Notes: a model not told the origin generated them from the sequence alone. A stretch of 47,574 nucleotides of DNA from Candidatus Bathyarchaeota archaeon (GCA_963775685.1 CAVZJV010000007.1:1-47574); one strand, 5' to 3'; positions 19,851 to 30,094 are shown, counted from the stretch's first letter. Numbers and translations: made by a program.

Positions 19851-19948
19851 AGCTACCAAGAGTTAGTTGATTTGGGCCAGTTGGCGCCAGAGAAGTTGTT
19901 GTAGTTGTTACTGCTGCAACTGCTTTCTGCAGACCGGTTGCAACAACA
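19851..19948 (+). repeat. Second repeat family, copy 1 (partner 30171-30256)
   Basis: ATTTRGGCCAGT..GCGCCAGAGAAGTTGTTGT..GCAGA...TTGCAACAAC in both copies. Confidence 0.75.
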
Positions 19949-19991
19949 ATCAAACACTAATTCCTATCAAAATTAACGTCGCAAAACTTTG

Positions 19992-20118
19992 GTTGCGCCG
20001 TCATCATTCTCAAACCACATGAGTTGGCGAGCACCTAAACCGTACCACGCTTAGCTCATTAATGGCAACTATAACAGCCCTCTTTGTTGCAGCTTTCGGC
20101 AAACGGAACGTGACATTT
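19992..20118 (-). repeat. TA-associated element, copy e
   Basis: 19998-20118 matches 21646-21766 at 120 of 121 nt by manual comparison. Confidence 0.92.
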
Positions 20119-20286
20119 GGCGGTCACCGCCAAGAAGCGATCGAAAATCTCAGCTTTAAGAAACTGAGTAGTTGAAGAATATCACAAAACTTTGTGATAA
20201 ATTAGATTTCCTTTTTTCCGGATGCTTGGAGAAAGTTTAAAGATTTCCGAATTGTATTTGTTGCTAAGAATTAATGGTGATTGGCA

Positions 20287-20483
20287 TTGACTGTGACAGC
20301 TAACAACGCTGAAGTAAAGTTGGTTCTTGAAAAAACTAGACAGTATCCAGCTTGAGGCTCCGAGTATTGCTTCTACCTGAAGAAGAGGTATAAGAAGAAG
20401 AAAAAAGAAACTTGATGCAGCTCGAAAAGAAATTGCAAAAGGCCAAAAAAAGCCTTGACGCATTACTTAAAGAACTGTATTAA
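20287..20483 (+). pseudogene. RelB-like antitoxin pseudogene
   Basis: Across frameshifts reads MTVTANNAEVKLVLEKLDSIQLE..LLLPEEEV*EEEKKKLDAARKEIAKGQK.SLDALLKELY. Confidence 0.6.
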
Positions 20484-20533
20484 TTAGGGCTTGGCTTTTG
20501 AAGGTTTAAATTTTATGTTCAATAATTATTGAT

Positions 20534-20806
20534 GTGGTGTTTGATGTGTCTTTGGCCAGTGTTGTTGATGAGTTTCCTTTATTTAGGGAAAGAGAGGCGA
20601 AGGAGCGTTTCTTGTTGGTTTTGGGTCTTCTTGCTTCTCGAACTGTTACTTTAGGTAAGGCCGCTGAGGTTTTAGGTATGTCTCGGGTAGAGTTTTCGGC
20701 GGTGCTTAGAAGTATTGGTTTTAAGTATAGTTATTTGGATGATGAAGAGTTGACCAAAGAAGTGGTTGCAGGCAAAGATTTGTTGAAGAAGAAGCGGTGT
20801 AGTTGA
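20534..20806 (+). CDS. UPF0175-family antitoxin
   Basis: VTLGKAAEVLGMSRVEF..L...G; overlaps the PIN gene. Confidence 0.85.
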   Translation: MVFDVSLASVVDEFPLFREREAKERFLLVLGLLASRTVTLGKAAEVLGMSRVEFSAVLRSIGFKYSYLDDEELTKEVVAGKDLLKKKRCS

Positions 20807-21276
20807 AGGCTGCTATAGATAGTTCAGTTTTAATTGCTTTAGAGAAACTTGGTTACCTGAAATTAGTTGGAGAGATATTCGATAAGTTGGTTGTTGCTGA
20901 ATCTGTTCTTGAAGAGATAAGAGGCGATGAAGTTTGCACCGTGGTGAGTGAGTTAACGAGTGCTGGGTTGGTTGAAGTTGCGAAGGGTTCTAATCATGAA
21001 TTATTGAACTTGCTGTCGTCCAGTCTTGGGAAGGGAGAGACTGAAACTATTGTGATAGCGTTAGAGTTGAAGGCTGATATTGCGTTGCTTGATGATTTAA
21101 GGGCTCGCAAAGCAGCAAGGCGTTTGAAGGTTAAAGTAATGGGTACCTTGGCTGTATTGAAAGTTTTACTTGAGCTGAAGTTAGTGGAGGAGCAGCCTGT
21201 GGCTTTGTGTGAAAAACTGATTAATCAGGGCTTTTGGGTAGATGCTGAATCATGTTTAAAGATACTGAAGGGGTAG
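20803..21276 (+). CDS. DUF3368-type PIN-domain toxin
   Basis: IDSSVLIALEKLG, LGKGETETI, LLDDLRARKAA, GTLAVL. Confidence 0.88.
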   Translation: MKAAIDSSVLIALEKLGYLKLVGEIFDKLVVAESVLEEIRGDEVCTVVSELTSAGLVEVAKGSNHELLNLLSSSLGKGETETIVIALELKADIALLDDLRARKAARRLKVKVMGTLAVLKVLLELKLVEEQPVALCEKLINQGFWVDAESCLKILKG

Positions 21277-21281
21277 GAAAC

Positions 21282-21380
21282 TTACGTTATTCTTAGAAAG
21301 CTCAATGGAAAGCATCTGCTTGAAGTGTATGGCATTTGAAGAGGATACAATTAGAGTCATAACTACTTTTATGACATCTC
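21282..21380 (+). pseudogene. Possible DUF4258/BrnT-like toxin C-terminal remnant
   Basis: Reads YVILRKLNGKHLLEVY / EEDTIRVITTFMTS across a shift. Confidence 0.35.
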
Positions 21381-21396
21381 AGGATGCTCTTCAAGC

Positions 21397-21610
21397 GAAG
21401 TTATATTAAAAATCTTTAACAGTCAAAAACCGAGGTCGCAACTCACGAAACTCAGAGTGTTGCGGCACTATGACATAAAGAAACTTAGGCTGCACCGACA
21501 CATATAGAGCAAAAATCGGGGATATGCGTATAATTTATGAAATCGTCTGGAATCAGTGAAATGTCAATGTGCTGATAATTGAACCAAGAGAAACAGCCAC
21601 TCTTGAATGA
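21397..21610 (+). pseudogene. relE: RelE-family toxin pseudogene (3' part)
   Basis: Reads YDIKKL.GCTDTYRAKIGDMRIIYEIVWNQ*NVNVLIIEPRETA, a RelE signature. Confidence 0.75.
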
Positions 21611-21645
21611 TGAAAGAGTAGTAAGCAAGGAAGATAAACAAGCGA

Positions 21646-21880
21646 CCGTCATCATTCTCAAACCACATGAGTTGGCGAGCACCTAAACCGTACCACGCTT
21701 AGCTCATTAATGGCAACTATAACAGCCCTCTTTGTTGCAGCTTTTGGCAAACGGAACGTGACATTTCAAGATGCATCCAAAAAGCCCTCCAAAGCCTATG
21801 AAACAAAAGCAACCCAAAACACACCCTCACTGAAAAATGCAAAAACCTTGTCTTCTTCTAAAAGACAAATAAAACACTCC
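21646..21880 (-). repeat. TA-associated element, copy f (links core and 5' segment)
   Basis: Near-identical to copy e, then continues AAAAGCAACCCAAAACA..TGCAAAAAC..AGACAAA as in copies a, b and i. Confidence 0.9.
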
Positions 21881-21988
21881 AAAACAGAAACTTAAATGTC
21901 AAGCTGCTTGGTTTTGGTTTAATGTCTTGTTCTAAAAAAGATAATTCAAATATAATCCATGTATCATTATATGTAATTGTTGGTATAC

Positions 21989-22189
21989 TTGACCGAATGT
22001 TTAGCAAAAACAAGGAAAGTCGGCGGTTCATTAGTAGTTACCTTGCCTAAAGAGCTAGTTGAGGCTAACAGAATTAAGGAAGGTGAAATTATTGAAATTA
22101 AAATCAAGAAACTGCGTAAAGATGGCTTTGGAATCCTCAAAGGAGTAGGTCCTTTCACCGCCCAAGATGAGTTGACAACGCATGGCTAA
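21989..22189 (+). CDS. vapB: AbrB-family antitoxin
   Basis: KTRKVGGSLVVTLPKE..IKEGE; FG.LKGVGPF. Confidence 0.88.
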   Translation: MTECLAKTRKVGGSLVVTLPKELVEANRIKEGEIIEIKIKKLRKDGFGILKGVGPFTAQDELTTHG

Positions 22190-22568
22190 GTATGTTATAG
22201 ATGCTTATGCGTGGATTGAATATTTGGATGGAACCGATTCAGGAAGCAAAGTCTCTGCGATTCTTGAAAACAACAATGACATATTTACCTGTGCAGTAAC
22301 TCTTGGAGAAGTTGTCAGTAAAGTTGCACGGATGGGCAAAGATGCAAAGGTCGCATATGATGTTTTACTAGGAAATTCGCAAGTAGTTAATGTCGATGAA
22401 GAACTTTCATTGCAGGCAGGATTGCTACATTGTGAAATGCGTAAAACTGCCAAAGATTTTAGGCTTGCAGATGCCTATGTTTTGGCTACTGCAAAAAGGC
22501 TTGAATCTAAAATTCTAACGGGGGATCCTCACTTTAAGCCCTTTAAAGAAGCAATAATGATAAAATAA
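22182..22568 (+). CDS. vapC: VapC PIN-domain toxin
   Basis: VIDAYAWIEY, TLGEV, LADAYVLATA, ILTGDPHF. Confidence 0.93.
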   Translation: MAKYVIDAYAWIEYLDGTDSGSKVSAILENNNDIFTCAVTLGEVVSKVARMGKDAKVAYDVLLGNSQVVNVDEELSLQAGLLHCEMRKTAKDFRLADAYVLATAKRLESKILTGDPHFKPFKEAIMIK

Positions 22569-22667
22569 AATCTGGTTAACTACATCCAACAGAATTAACC
22601 TACCGAATCCTAACCTTGTGATGCAAATTTGGCCGTGTCTGTTTCTTTACAGGATTTAACTTTTCAT

Positions 22668-22765
22668 ATTCACCATTTCTCAAAAAAACAAGTAAATAGA
22701 CAGTAGTTGTACCGTCATCTTTCTCCACAAATCAGGGTTGGCAAGCACCTAAACATAACTTCGAC
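22668..22765 (-). repeat. TA-associated element, copy g (core plus 3' tail)
   Basis: GTAGTTGTACCGTCATCTTTCTCCAC..GGGTTGGCAAGCACCTAAAC. Confidence 0.85.
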
Positions 22766-22862
22766 GTAATCATTGTGTTGTTGCACTGCACTCTTATCCA
22801 AGCTAAAAACGTTGCAAAACATATATAATTACATTTTATATATTTTGTATTGTGTAAAAGTA

Positions 22863-23162
22863 ATGTCTGAGTCTGAAACAATATGTCTAAGACTATCCAA
22901 AGAAACAGCAAAAAAACTTCGCGAAATAGCTAAAAAAGAAGAAAAAGACCGATCAACCCTGATACGCGAAATCTTAGAAGAAGGCATCTAAGAAAAAAAC
23001 ATAGCGTACGCAATAGAGCTATACCAAAAAGGGCGCATAACAGGCTGGAAAGCAGCCCAGCTAGCAAACATCTCGCTGTGGAACTTCTATAAACTCTTAA
23101 CTGAAAAAGGCATCCTTCTACAATATTCCCAACAAGACCTCGAAGAAGACCTCAAACCCTAA
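22863..23162 (+). pseudogene. RHH plus UPF0175 antitoxin with internal stop
   Basis: TAA at 22989 interrupts ...EEGI*EKNIAYAIELYQKGRITGWKAAQLANISLW. Confidence 0.82.
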
Positions 23163-23174
23163 AAGGAAAAGACC

Positions 23175-23704
23175 TTGCCTGTAATCTCAGATACCAGCCC
23201 CTCATATGGCTTGCAAAAGTGGGTAAAATAACCCTCCTAAAAGATCTCGTTGCGGAAGTAATTATACCTCAAGAAGTGTATACAGAAGCAGTAGAAAAAG
23301 GATTACAAGGCGGATTCACCAACACCCAGACCATAAAAGAATGCATAAATGAAGGCTGGATAACCCCCTCCAAACTAACCTCCAAAGACCAAAGTATACT
23401 CCAAAAGATCTCTGAAAATACCAATGAAATCCACCAAGGAGGAGCTCACGCAATAGTCTTGGCGCATGAAATGAAATTATTGCTACTGATGGACGAATCA
23501 GCTGGACGCACATTCGCCGAGGCTAGGGGGCTAAAAGTAAAAGGAACAATCTATGTAATCATAACCGCCCTAAGAAAAGGCCTTGTCAGTGAAACGCAAG
23601 CCAAAGAAACGGTGCTAAAAATGGTAACTAAAGGCTTTCGCCTAGAACCAACTCTACTTGCTCGACTAATCATCGAAATAGAAAAATATCATTTCAAAAA
23701 ATAA
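23175..23704 (+). pseudogene. DUF3368-type PIN toxin, frameshifted near start
   Basis: TTG 23175 reads MPVISDTSP; a missing base in a C run is needed to continue LIWLAKVGK; GE is changed to GG in IHQGGAHAI. Confidence 0.8.
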
Positions 23705-23821
23705 CCACTCAAAGCATAAAACATATAACTTCTAAAACTAAAAAACATCACCAAAGTTTGCTAATAATTTATTGACGTTTTCCTTCAACAATCAAAGAAT
23801 AAAGTCTTATTGCAAAGTTAG

Positions 23822-23880
23822 TCTTAGGTGCTTGTCATCTACCCGCTCATGCATAGTTTGAATATGGTCGAAGTTACGTT
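23822..23880 (+). repeat. TA-associated element, scrambled fragments (copy h)
   Basis: TTAGGTGCTTGTCA and GTCGAAGTTACGTT match the reverse complement of copy g and its flank. Confidence 0.45.
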
Positions 23881-23887
23881 CCTTTTT

Positions 23888-24526
23888 TTAGTTGACATAG
23901 ATTAAGAGCTTTTCCAGGTCGGGTATGATGCAGTCTGGTTTGGCTTCTTTTAGCTGTTGGATCGTTGCTACCCCTGTGGTCACGCCAATTGTTTTGATGC
24001 CAGCGGCTTTTCCTGTTAAGATATCTATAGGGCTGTCTCCCACGTAGAGGCATTCATCTTTTTTTATTTTGAATTCTGCGATGATCTTGTTGAGTCCCTC
24101 CGGGTTAGGTTTATTCTTGACGTCTTCCTTAGCTAGCATAATGTCAAAATAATCTTTTAGCGAAAATTTCGATGCAACCACCCCTAACGGTTTGCTTGGG
24201 GTTGTGGTCAAAAGACCTAACTTTATCTGCTTAGATTTTAGAGTTTTCAGAGTCCTTTCAACGTGTGGTAGAAGTTGGCAGCGTGTTCTGCAAAATGCAG
24301 TGTATGCCTCAAAGACGTCTTTTTCAATTTCTTTTGCGGCGGACTCGGTTATATGGGCTTTCGCGCTTATAATGTCGATGAGTGGTAATCCAGCCATACG
24401 GCCAAGTAACTCGACTTCGATACTCGGCAACCCTCTCTTTTTGAGTGCATCGTTTAACGCGTTAAAGACCATCTCCATTGAATCAACTATTGTACCGTCG
24501 AAATCAAACACAATGCCCTTAATCAT
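23888..24526 (-). CDS. HAD-superfamily phosphatase (phosphoglycolate phosphatase-like)
   Basis: FDFDGTIVDS, LLTT, KPNPE, YVGDSPID motifs I-IV. Confidence 0.92.
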   Translation of the reverse strand: MIKGIVFDFDGTIVDSMEMVFNALNDALKKRGLPSIEVELLGRMAGLPLIDIISAKAHITESAAKEIEKDVFEAYTAFCRTRCQLLPHVERTLKTLKSKQIKLGLLTTTPSKPLGVVASKFSLKDYFDIMLAKEDVKNKPNPEGLNKIIAEFKIKKDECLYVGDSPIDILTGKAAGIKTIGVTTGVATIQQLKEAKPDCIIPDLEKLLIYVN

Positions 24527-24690
24527 CAAATCTCCCAGACGGAGATGAACCATCTTTTATTAAAAGCTAATTGACGCAACCATCTTTTTTTCCACAAATA
24601 GCTAATTCGCTTCTGTCAAAAACTTCCCTGAACCAGCATACTCGCCTAACCTTTGACAAATACACTAATAGACAGCTCTAGACGCTACTT

Positions 24691-24867
24691 CTATAGGGTA
24701 GCCTGGATTTTAGTGTGATCTTTGTTTTTAAGAAATTCGTCGATGAGCCTACTTTTGCCTATGCGCCTTCTTCCATTGACAACTATCATTTCTGACCCTG
24801 TTGTAGAACATGCTTTTTCTAACGCCGCAAGTTCAGCACCTCGATCATAGAACCGCAAATTATCCAC
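24691..24867 (-). pseudogene. Truncated archaeal ATPase (ATPase_2 family) N-terminus
   Basis: RFYDRGAELAALE..MIVVNGRRRIGKSRLIDEFL with Walker A, then a stop after 58 codons. Confidence 0.75.
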
Positions 24868-24959
24868 GCCAAGGATAAGCCTATCACTGGATAATTATTT
24901 AAATTTTAGGACTAAACAGACATAAAACAACCCAAAAAAACAAATCACCAAAACCAACC

Positions 24960-25133
24960 TCACCAAACCCAATAGCCACGGACACAGACGCAACCAAAAC
25001 CTACTCCAAACCCCAAATTAAAAAAGCAACCCAAACCAAACCCCCAATTTTGCAAAAACACCAAGTTGTTGTCTAGCAGACAAAAACGTTAGAAGGTTCA
25101 AAGGTGACTTCCACTAAGCCGTCTAGGTTTGAC
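24960..25133 (-). repeat. TA-associated element, copy i (5' segment)
   Basis: TTTTGCAAAAACACC..GTTGTTGTCTAGCAGACAA.AACGTTAGAAGG is the reverse complement of 10880-10930. Confidence 0.85.
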
Positions 25134-25282
25134 TTGTCTTTTTTATGCCAGTGTGAGTTTAGGGATCACTATTCAGCCGTATTTGATCATTTTAAACAAA
25201 AGTCTCCTGATGAATCCTAAAGCGATGGGATGTATACTCGAACTAAAGCAAGGCAGGGCATTATAATGAATAAGTTTTTTAG

Positions 25283-25312
25283 ACACTTTTACACTTTTAC
25301 ACTTTTACACTT
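25283..25312 (+). promoter_or_regulatory. Tandem ACACTTTT x3.75, probable antitoxin operator
   Basis: Perfect 8-bp iterations ending 10 nt before ATG 25323. Confidence 0.6.
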
Positions 25313-25322
25313 AGGTCATAAC

Positions 25323-25598
25323 ATGACTGTTACTATAAAAATAGACGACGCAAAAAAACAAAAAATCGACCGTTTTCTAGCCAGGATAGTGCTTCAGGAA
25401 GGCAAAAAAGTAACTATACAGGAAGCCGTTGGCATCATGATTGATCATGCGCTTGAAGATGAGGAAGCTTTCACTCAAAACTTCACAAACCTTCCTCCAT
25501 TGGAAGAAGATCCAGCATGGAAGCTGCTTGAAAACCCCAAGCACTGGGGGGTCAAAGATGCATCAACCCGCATAGACGAGTTTTTATATGGAAGCTAA
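25323..25598 (+). CDS. vapB: Putative RHH-like antitoxin
   Basis: MTVTIKID..K..ID; C-terminal D.STRIDEFLYG; overlaps vapC. Confidence 0.78.
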   Translation: MTVTIKIDDAKKQKIDRFLARIVLQEGKKVTIQEAVGIMIDHALEDEEAFTQNFTNLPPLEEDPAWKLLENPKHWGVKDASTRIDEFLYGS

Positions 25599-26016
25599 TC
25601 TGATGACAATTTTTGTCGATACAGGCATATTCGTAGCCTTACGGAACGCAGAAGATATCAACCACCAAAGAAGCAAAGAACTCATGATAGCTGCTTTAAA
25701 GGGGAATTGGGGCAGAATATACACCTCAGACTACATTATCGACGAAGCGATAACAACTGCCTTAGCAAGAACAAAAAGGCATGATATTGCGGTTGATGTT
25801 GGTTCATATATTATAGAGTCCCCAAGGTTTATCAAAATAACAATCGACAACGAAATTTTCAATGAAGCTTGGTTAAAATTTAAAACGCTAAAGGATAAAG
25901 GTCTTAGCTTCACTGATTGCACTTCAATAGCCCTATCTCAAAAACAAAGAATAAAGCAAATCTTAAGCTTTGATTGCGGCTTTGACGGTATAATGCAAAG
26001 ACTATGTTTAACTTGA
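25588..26016 (+). CDS. vapC: VapC PIN-domain toxin
   Basis: IFVDTGIFVA, TSDYIIDEAIT, LSFTDCTS, ILSFD..FD. Confidence 0.93.
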   Translation: MEANLMTIFVDTGIFVALRNAEDINHQRSKELMIAALKGNWGRIYTSDYIIDEAITTALARTKRHDIAVDVGSYIIESPRFIKITIDNEIFNEAWLKFKTLKDKGLSFTDCTSIALSQKQRIKQILSFDCGFDGIMQRLCLT

Positions 26017-26579
26017 AACTGTAAACAAAATCTATAAGCTATAATGTCAGCAACCAAAGCAAACCCACAATTTTACGCAATAACGAATATCTCTTCTCCA
26101 TCACACGAAAAACTTATCCCTTCATAGGCGCTAAATCGTCTGGTTGCACATCCTTGATAGTTGGAATCCCTCGTTTAGGCATTTGTTTGCAACCTCCGAA
26201 AAAATGGCTAACCACCTCATCAGGGCAATAGTAGCCACTGCCAAGCTTGTATCTGGCTTCCCGAGCACACCCATATTTATCACACACAATCGGCTCATTA
26301 AGCGGCAGACAATGGCAGTGGATTGGCTCGTTTCAACCAATGGAGCCGCTCTAGACTCAACCGAAAGACCCCCAAAGAAGAAGAACAGTGAAAAACTTTG
26401 TCCTCTTCTATAGTTCAATACTCGTTCTGTTTTTTTGTCGGAAACCTCAGCTACCACAGACATCGCAGGTTTTTGCGCATCACAAATCTTTCCGCCGCGG
26501 AGCCAAGATTCGCTGCGAAACGTGCTTACTTAAAAAACTTGAAGGGTTTATTTTTTTTTAGTTTATTTGCTGAAGTATT

Positions 26580-26840
26580 TTATTCATACACTTTTTTTCC
26601 GAGTTCAACATCATGAAAAATAACTCTTTCCTCTTGCTCAGCAATTTCATAGAGATAATTCGATATTTTCCAACTCGTACTTTCCATAAACCCTTAAGAG
26701 GACCAACATGCATGATGCCGTTGCCGGGCTTTATGAGCGTTCTTTAAATGTTTCCACAATTCAAAATTCTAGACTTTACTGTGCTTGGCAATTGTTTCTC
26801 TTTTTAAGAAATGCTTTAGAAAATCTTGGGGTTTAGGCAT
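26580..26840 (-). pseudogene. relE: RelE-family toxin pseudogene
   Basis: Reads GPLKGLWKVRVGKYRII/YEIAEQEERVIFHDVELGKKVYE* with several frameshifts. Confidence 0.8.
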
Positions 26841-26841
26841 G

Positions 26842-27068
26842 TTAGTTCAATATTTTTTCTAGTCATTAATTGAGCATTCAACGTATTCTCCTTTAGCTAC
26901 CTGCTTTTACTCTCCTCAATGGCTGCTATTTTTTCTTTATCTGCAAGGTGCCTCTAACGTTGCAAGTATATGCTCCATTTTAATGTAAGTGCCGACCATT
27001 TCCTTGAAAAGTTTCTTGGAATATTCTTCCTTCTTTTTGATTTTGCGTTCTCCTCCAACTGAAGGCAC
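26842..27068 (-). pseudogene. Antitoxin pseudogene upstream of relE
   Basis: Reads YIKMEHILATLE/LADKEKIAAIEESK/QVAKGEYVECSIND; abuts the relE start. Confidence 0.65.
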
Positions 27069-27568
27069 CTGAATAATAGACTGTTTAAGCGCCCCTTACT
27101 TCTTTTCAGACAAACCTCAATAAACAATAAGACCTCTTCTTATTAGAGCAAAAAAACTACCCCATTCTTTCTAGTCCTTAGCCCATCCCACCCCATCCAA
27201 TCCAACATTGAGCCATGTTGACTTAAAGGATAAAATATTACTCGCCCATCCCAACAGCAACTCGAAAACAGCCCAAACCAAAAAACCAAACCACTCCACA
27301 ACCAAAAGATCGGATGCAAAAACACCGAATTACCCCATCCCCACAAAAACAAAACAAAAACCTTCGGTGACCGATTGTAACAACTACCAAAACAAAAACA
27401 AACCATTCCAAGTGTTGGTGTTATATCAAAACATTTATCAAAAAATTGTCGTCAGTACCCAATTTCCAATAAACTATATAAATTATTAAAAAGAACTAGT
27501 ACGAGAGCAAAACACACATTTTTAAGGATTTTGTTTCGCTCATAACAAAATTAAAGGAAAAGAACAAA

Positions 27569-30094
27569 ATGCAAAACTTGAAACATAAAATTATGGCCAT
27601 AACGATTTCGGCAATTCTAATGCTCTCCTTGGCTTCCATAATGCTAACAACAACCGCACACGACCCACCATTCAAAATTTCAACATACGCTTTCCTCAGC
27701 ATTGAACCCGACCCCGTCGGGGTTGGTCAAGAAGCATACGTAAACTTCTGGATTGACAAACCTCCACCAACTGCAGCCAGCCAATACGGAGACAGATGGC
27801 ACAACTTTGAAGTAACAGTCACAAAACCAGACGGAACAACCGAAAAATTAGGACCATTTACGTCAGACGACACTGGAGGATCACACACTGTTTACACACC
27901 AAGCGTAACTGGAAACTACTCTTTCGTATTCAACTTCCCTGGAGAAACCTTAGCAGGTGCCAACCCAATTCCAGGCGGAAGCGCAAACGACGAATTTATC
28001 GGCGACTACTATCAACCCAGTACAAGCCAAGTAGTCACTCTATATGTACAAGACGAACCAATAATGAACGCCCCATCAAATCCGCTTCCAACAAACTACT
28101 GGACACGCCCAATATACTCAGAAAATCTTGACTGGTACAAAATCAGTGGAAATTGGCTTGGAACAGTAATGCAAAGTCACGGCGGAGCATACTACAACAT
28201 CAGCGGCAACTTCAACCCGTACACTGAAGGACCAAACAGCGCGCACGTACTCTGGACAAAGCCCCTCGCACCAGGAGGCATCATCGGAGGCGAATTCGGA
28301 GGAACCGAATACGGCAGCAGTTACTACCAAACTCCACAGTACGAACCCAAATTCCAAGGCATAGTTATAAACGGAATACTTTACTTCAAAAGTGTCCCAG
28401 GCAGTAGCACCTACCCAGCAGGATGGGTTGCTTTAGACATCCGCACAGGCGAAACAGTATGGACAAAAGAAACAACTAACTCACTTCTATGCGGCCAAGT
28501 GCTCGACTACATTTCCCCCAACCAGTTCGGTGGACTCTCATACCTTTGGAGCATTGAACCCACGGTGAAACCCAACAAAGGCACCACATACGGTCTATAC
28601 GATGCAATAACCGGAAACTGGATACTAGATATCGTCAACGCAACCTCTTTCAGCAAAATCGTCATGGACGAAGGCGGAAACCTATTAGGCTACTACACCA
28701 ACAACACCGACAACACATTATGCATGTGGAACTCAACCAAATGTATTCAAGGATTAGATGAAACTCGCTATTGGTACTGGAGACCAGTACAAGGTGCAAT
28801 GGTTCCATTCGACCAAGGCATACAGATGCAGGCACCCTTACTCACAACCTATCAAGGCGCAACCATTAGCCCCAAGTTCAGCATCTTAACTATGAGTTCA
28901 GACATCGTGCTTCTCCACTCAACACCAGTAGCCCGATTCGGACTCGGCTGGGACCTTTGGGTTGGATATGACGCACACTCAGGCAATCTACTGTGGGGAC
29001 CGACAAACCACACCTATGTACCATTCGCCAGAATAATGGACAGCCCAGCAATGGACGGCAAAATCTTTGAATTTACACATCCAACAATGACATGGGACGC
29101 CTACAGCCTATCAACAGGAGAACATGTATGGGGACCAACACAACCGTACGATAACCCATGGGGTTACTTCGTAGCTTACGACCCCATCGTGGCATATGGC
29201 ATGCTCTACCAGTCTGATTTCAGCGGAACGCTCCACGCATATAACGTCGACACTGGAAAAGAAGTATGGACATTCTCCACTGGAACAAGCGGTTATGAAA
29301 CTCCATACGGCACTTACCCGCTCTACCACATTGAAGCAGTTGCAGACGGAAAAGTCTACGTCGAAGGAGGACACACATATAGTCCACCAATATTCAAAGG
29401 GTCACAGTTGTGGGCGATAAATGCAACCACAGGCGAGAAAATCTGGAGCGTATCCAGCTTTACAACTGTCAACCAAGCCAGTGCAGTTCTTGCAGACGGC
29501 GTCTTAGTAGAACCCAACGCTTACGACAACCAACTATACGCCTACGGCAAAGGACCTAGTTCAACCACCGTTTCAGTGCAACCCTTCGGACAAAAGATGG
29601 TCATTAGTGGTACTGTCACAGACATTTCTGCCGGTACAAACCAACAAGCACCCGCAGCCAACTTCCCACATGGTGTTCCAGCTATTTCAGACGAAAGCCA
29701 AAGCGCATGGATGGAATACGTCTATATGCAGCAACCTAAACCCACCAACGCGACAGGAGTTTCAATATCAATCGATGTTCTTGACTCCAATGGCAACACA
29801 CGAACAATCGGCACAACCACAAGTGACTCAAACGGCGCATTTAGCCTCACATGGACGCCAGACATAGCGGGTGACTACAAAGTCAGCGCCAATTTCTTAG
29901 GCTCCGAATCATACTACCCATCTTCAGCTGAGTCCTTTTTCACCGTTACAGAACCAGAGCCAACAGTTGCCCCTGCTTTAACCACACCATCGGTAGCAGA
30001 CCAATACTTCATTCCAGCAATCATAGGGCTGTTCGTATTCGTCGCAATAATTGGCGTTGTATTGGCATTATTGATGCTCAGGAAACGACCATAA
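27569..30094 (+). CDS. PQQ-binding-like beta-propeller surface protein with C-terminal TM anchor
   Basis: Paralog of 5271-7850 (VNFWIDK.PPTAA, LLCGQVLDYISPNQFGGLSYLWS). Confidence 0.88.
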   Translation: MQNLKHKIMAITISAILMLSLASIMLTTTAHDPPFKISTYAFLSIEPDPVGVGQEAYVNFWIDKPPPTAASQYGDRWHNFEVTVTKPDGTTEKLGPFTSDDTGGSHTVYTPSVTGNYSFVFNFPGETLAGANPIPGGSANDEFIGDYYQPSTSQVVTLYVQDEPIMNAPSNPLPTNYWTRPIYSENLDWYKISGNWLGTVMQSHGGAYYNISGNFNPYTEGPNSAHVLWTKPLAPGGIIGGEFGGTEYGSSYYQTPQYEPKFQGIVINGILYFKSVPGSSTYPAGWVALDIRTGETVWTKETTNSLLCGQVLDYISPNQFGGLSYLWSIEPTVKPNKGTTYGLYDAITGNWILDIVNATSFSKIVMDEGGNLLGYYTNNTDNTLCMWNSTKCIQGLDETRYWYWRPVQGAMVPFDQGIQMQAPLLTTYQGATISPKFSILTMSSDIVLLHSTPVARFGLGWDLWVGYDAHSGNLLWGPTNHTYVPFARIMDSPAMDGKIFEFTHPTMTWDAYSLSTGEHVWGPTQPYDNPWGYFVAYDPIVAYGMLYQSDFSGTLHAYNVDTGKEVWTFSTGTSGYETPYGTYPLYHIEAVADGKVYVEGGHTYSPPIFKGSQLWAINATTGEKIWSVSSFTTVNQASAVLADGVLVEPNAYDNQLYAYGKGPSSTTVSVQPFGQKMVISGTVTDISAGTNQQAPAANFPHGVPAISDESQSAWMEYVYMQQPKPTNATGVSISIDVLDSNGNTRTIGTTTSDSNGAFSLTWTPDIAGDYKVSANFLGSESYYPSSAESFFTVTEPEPTVAPALTTPSVADQYFIPAIIGLFVFVAIIGVVLALLMLRKRP

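Noticed and set aside
26131-26463. Overlapping ORFs on both strands
   Set aside because: No motif or start signal in any frame; possibly a decayed gene, but not assignable.
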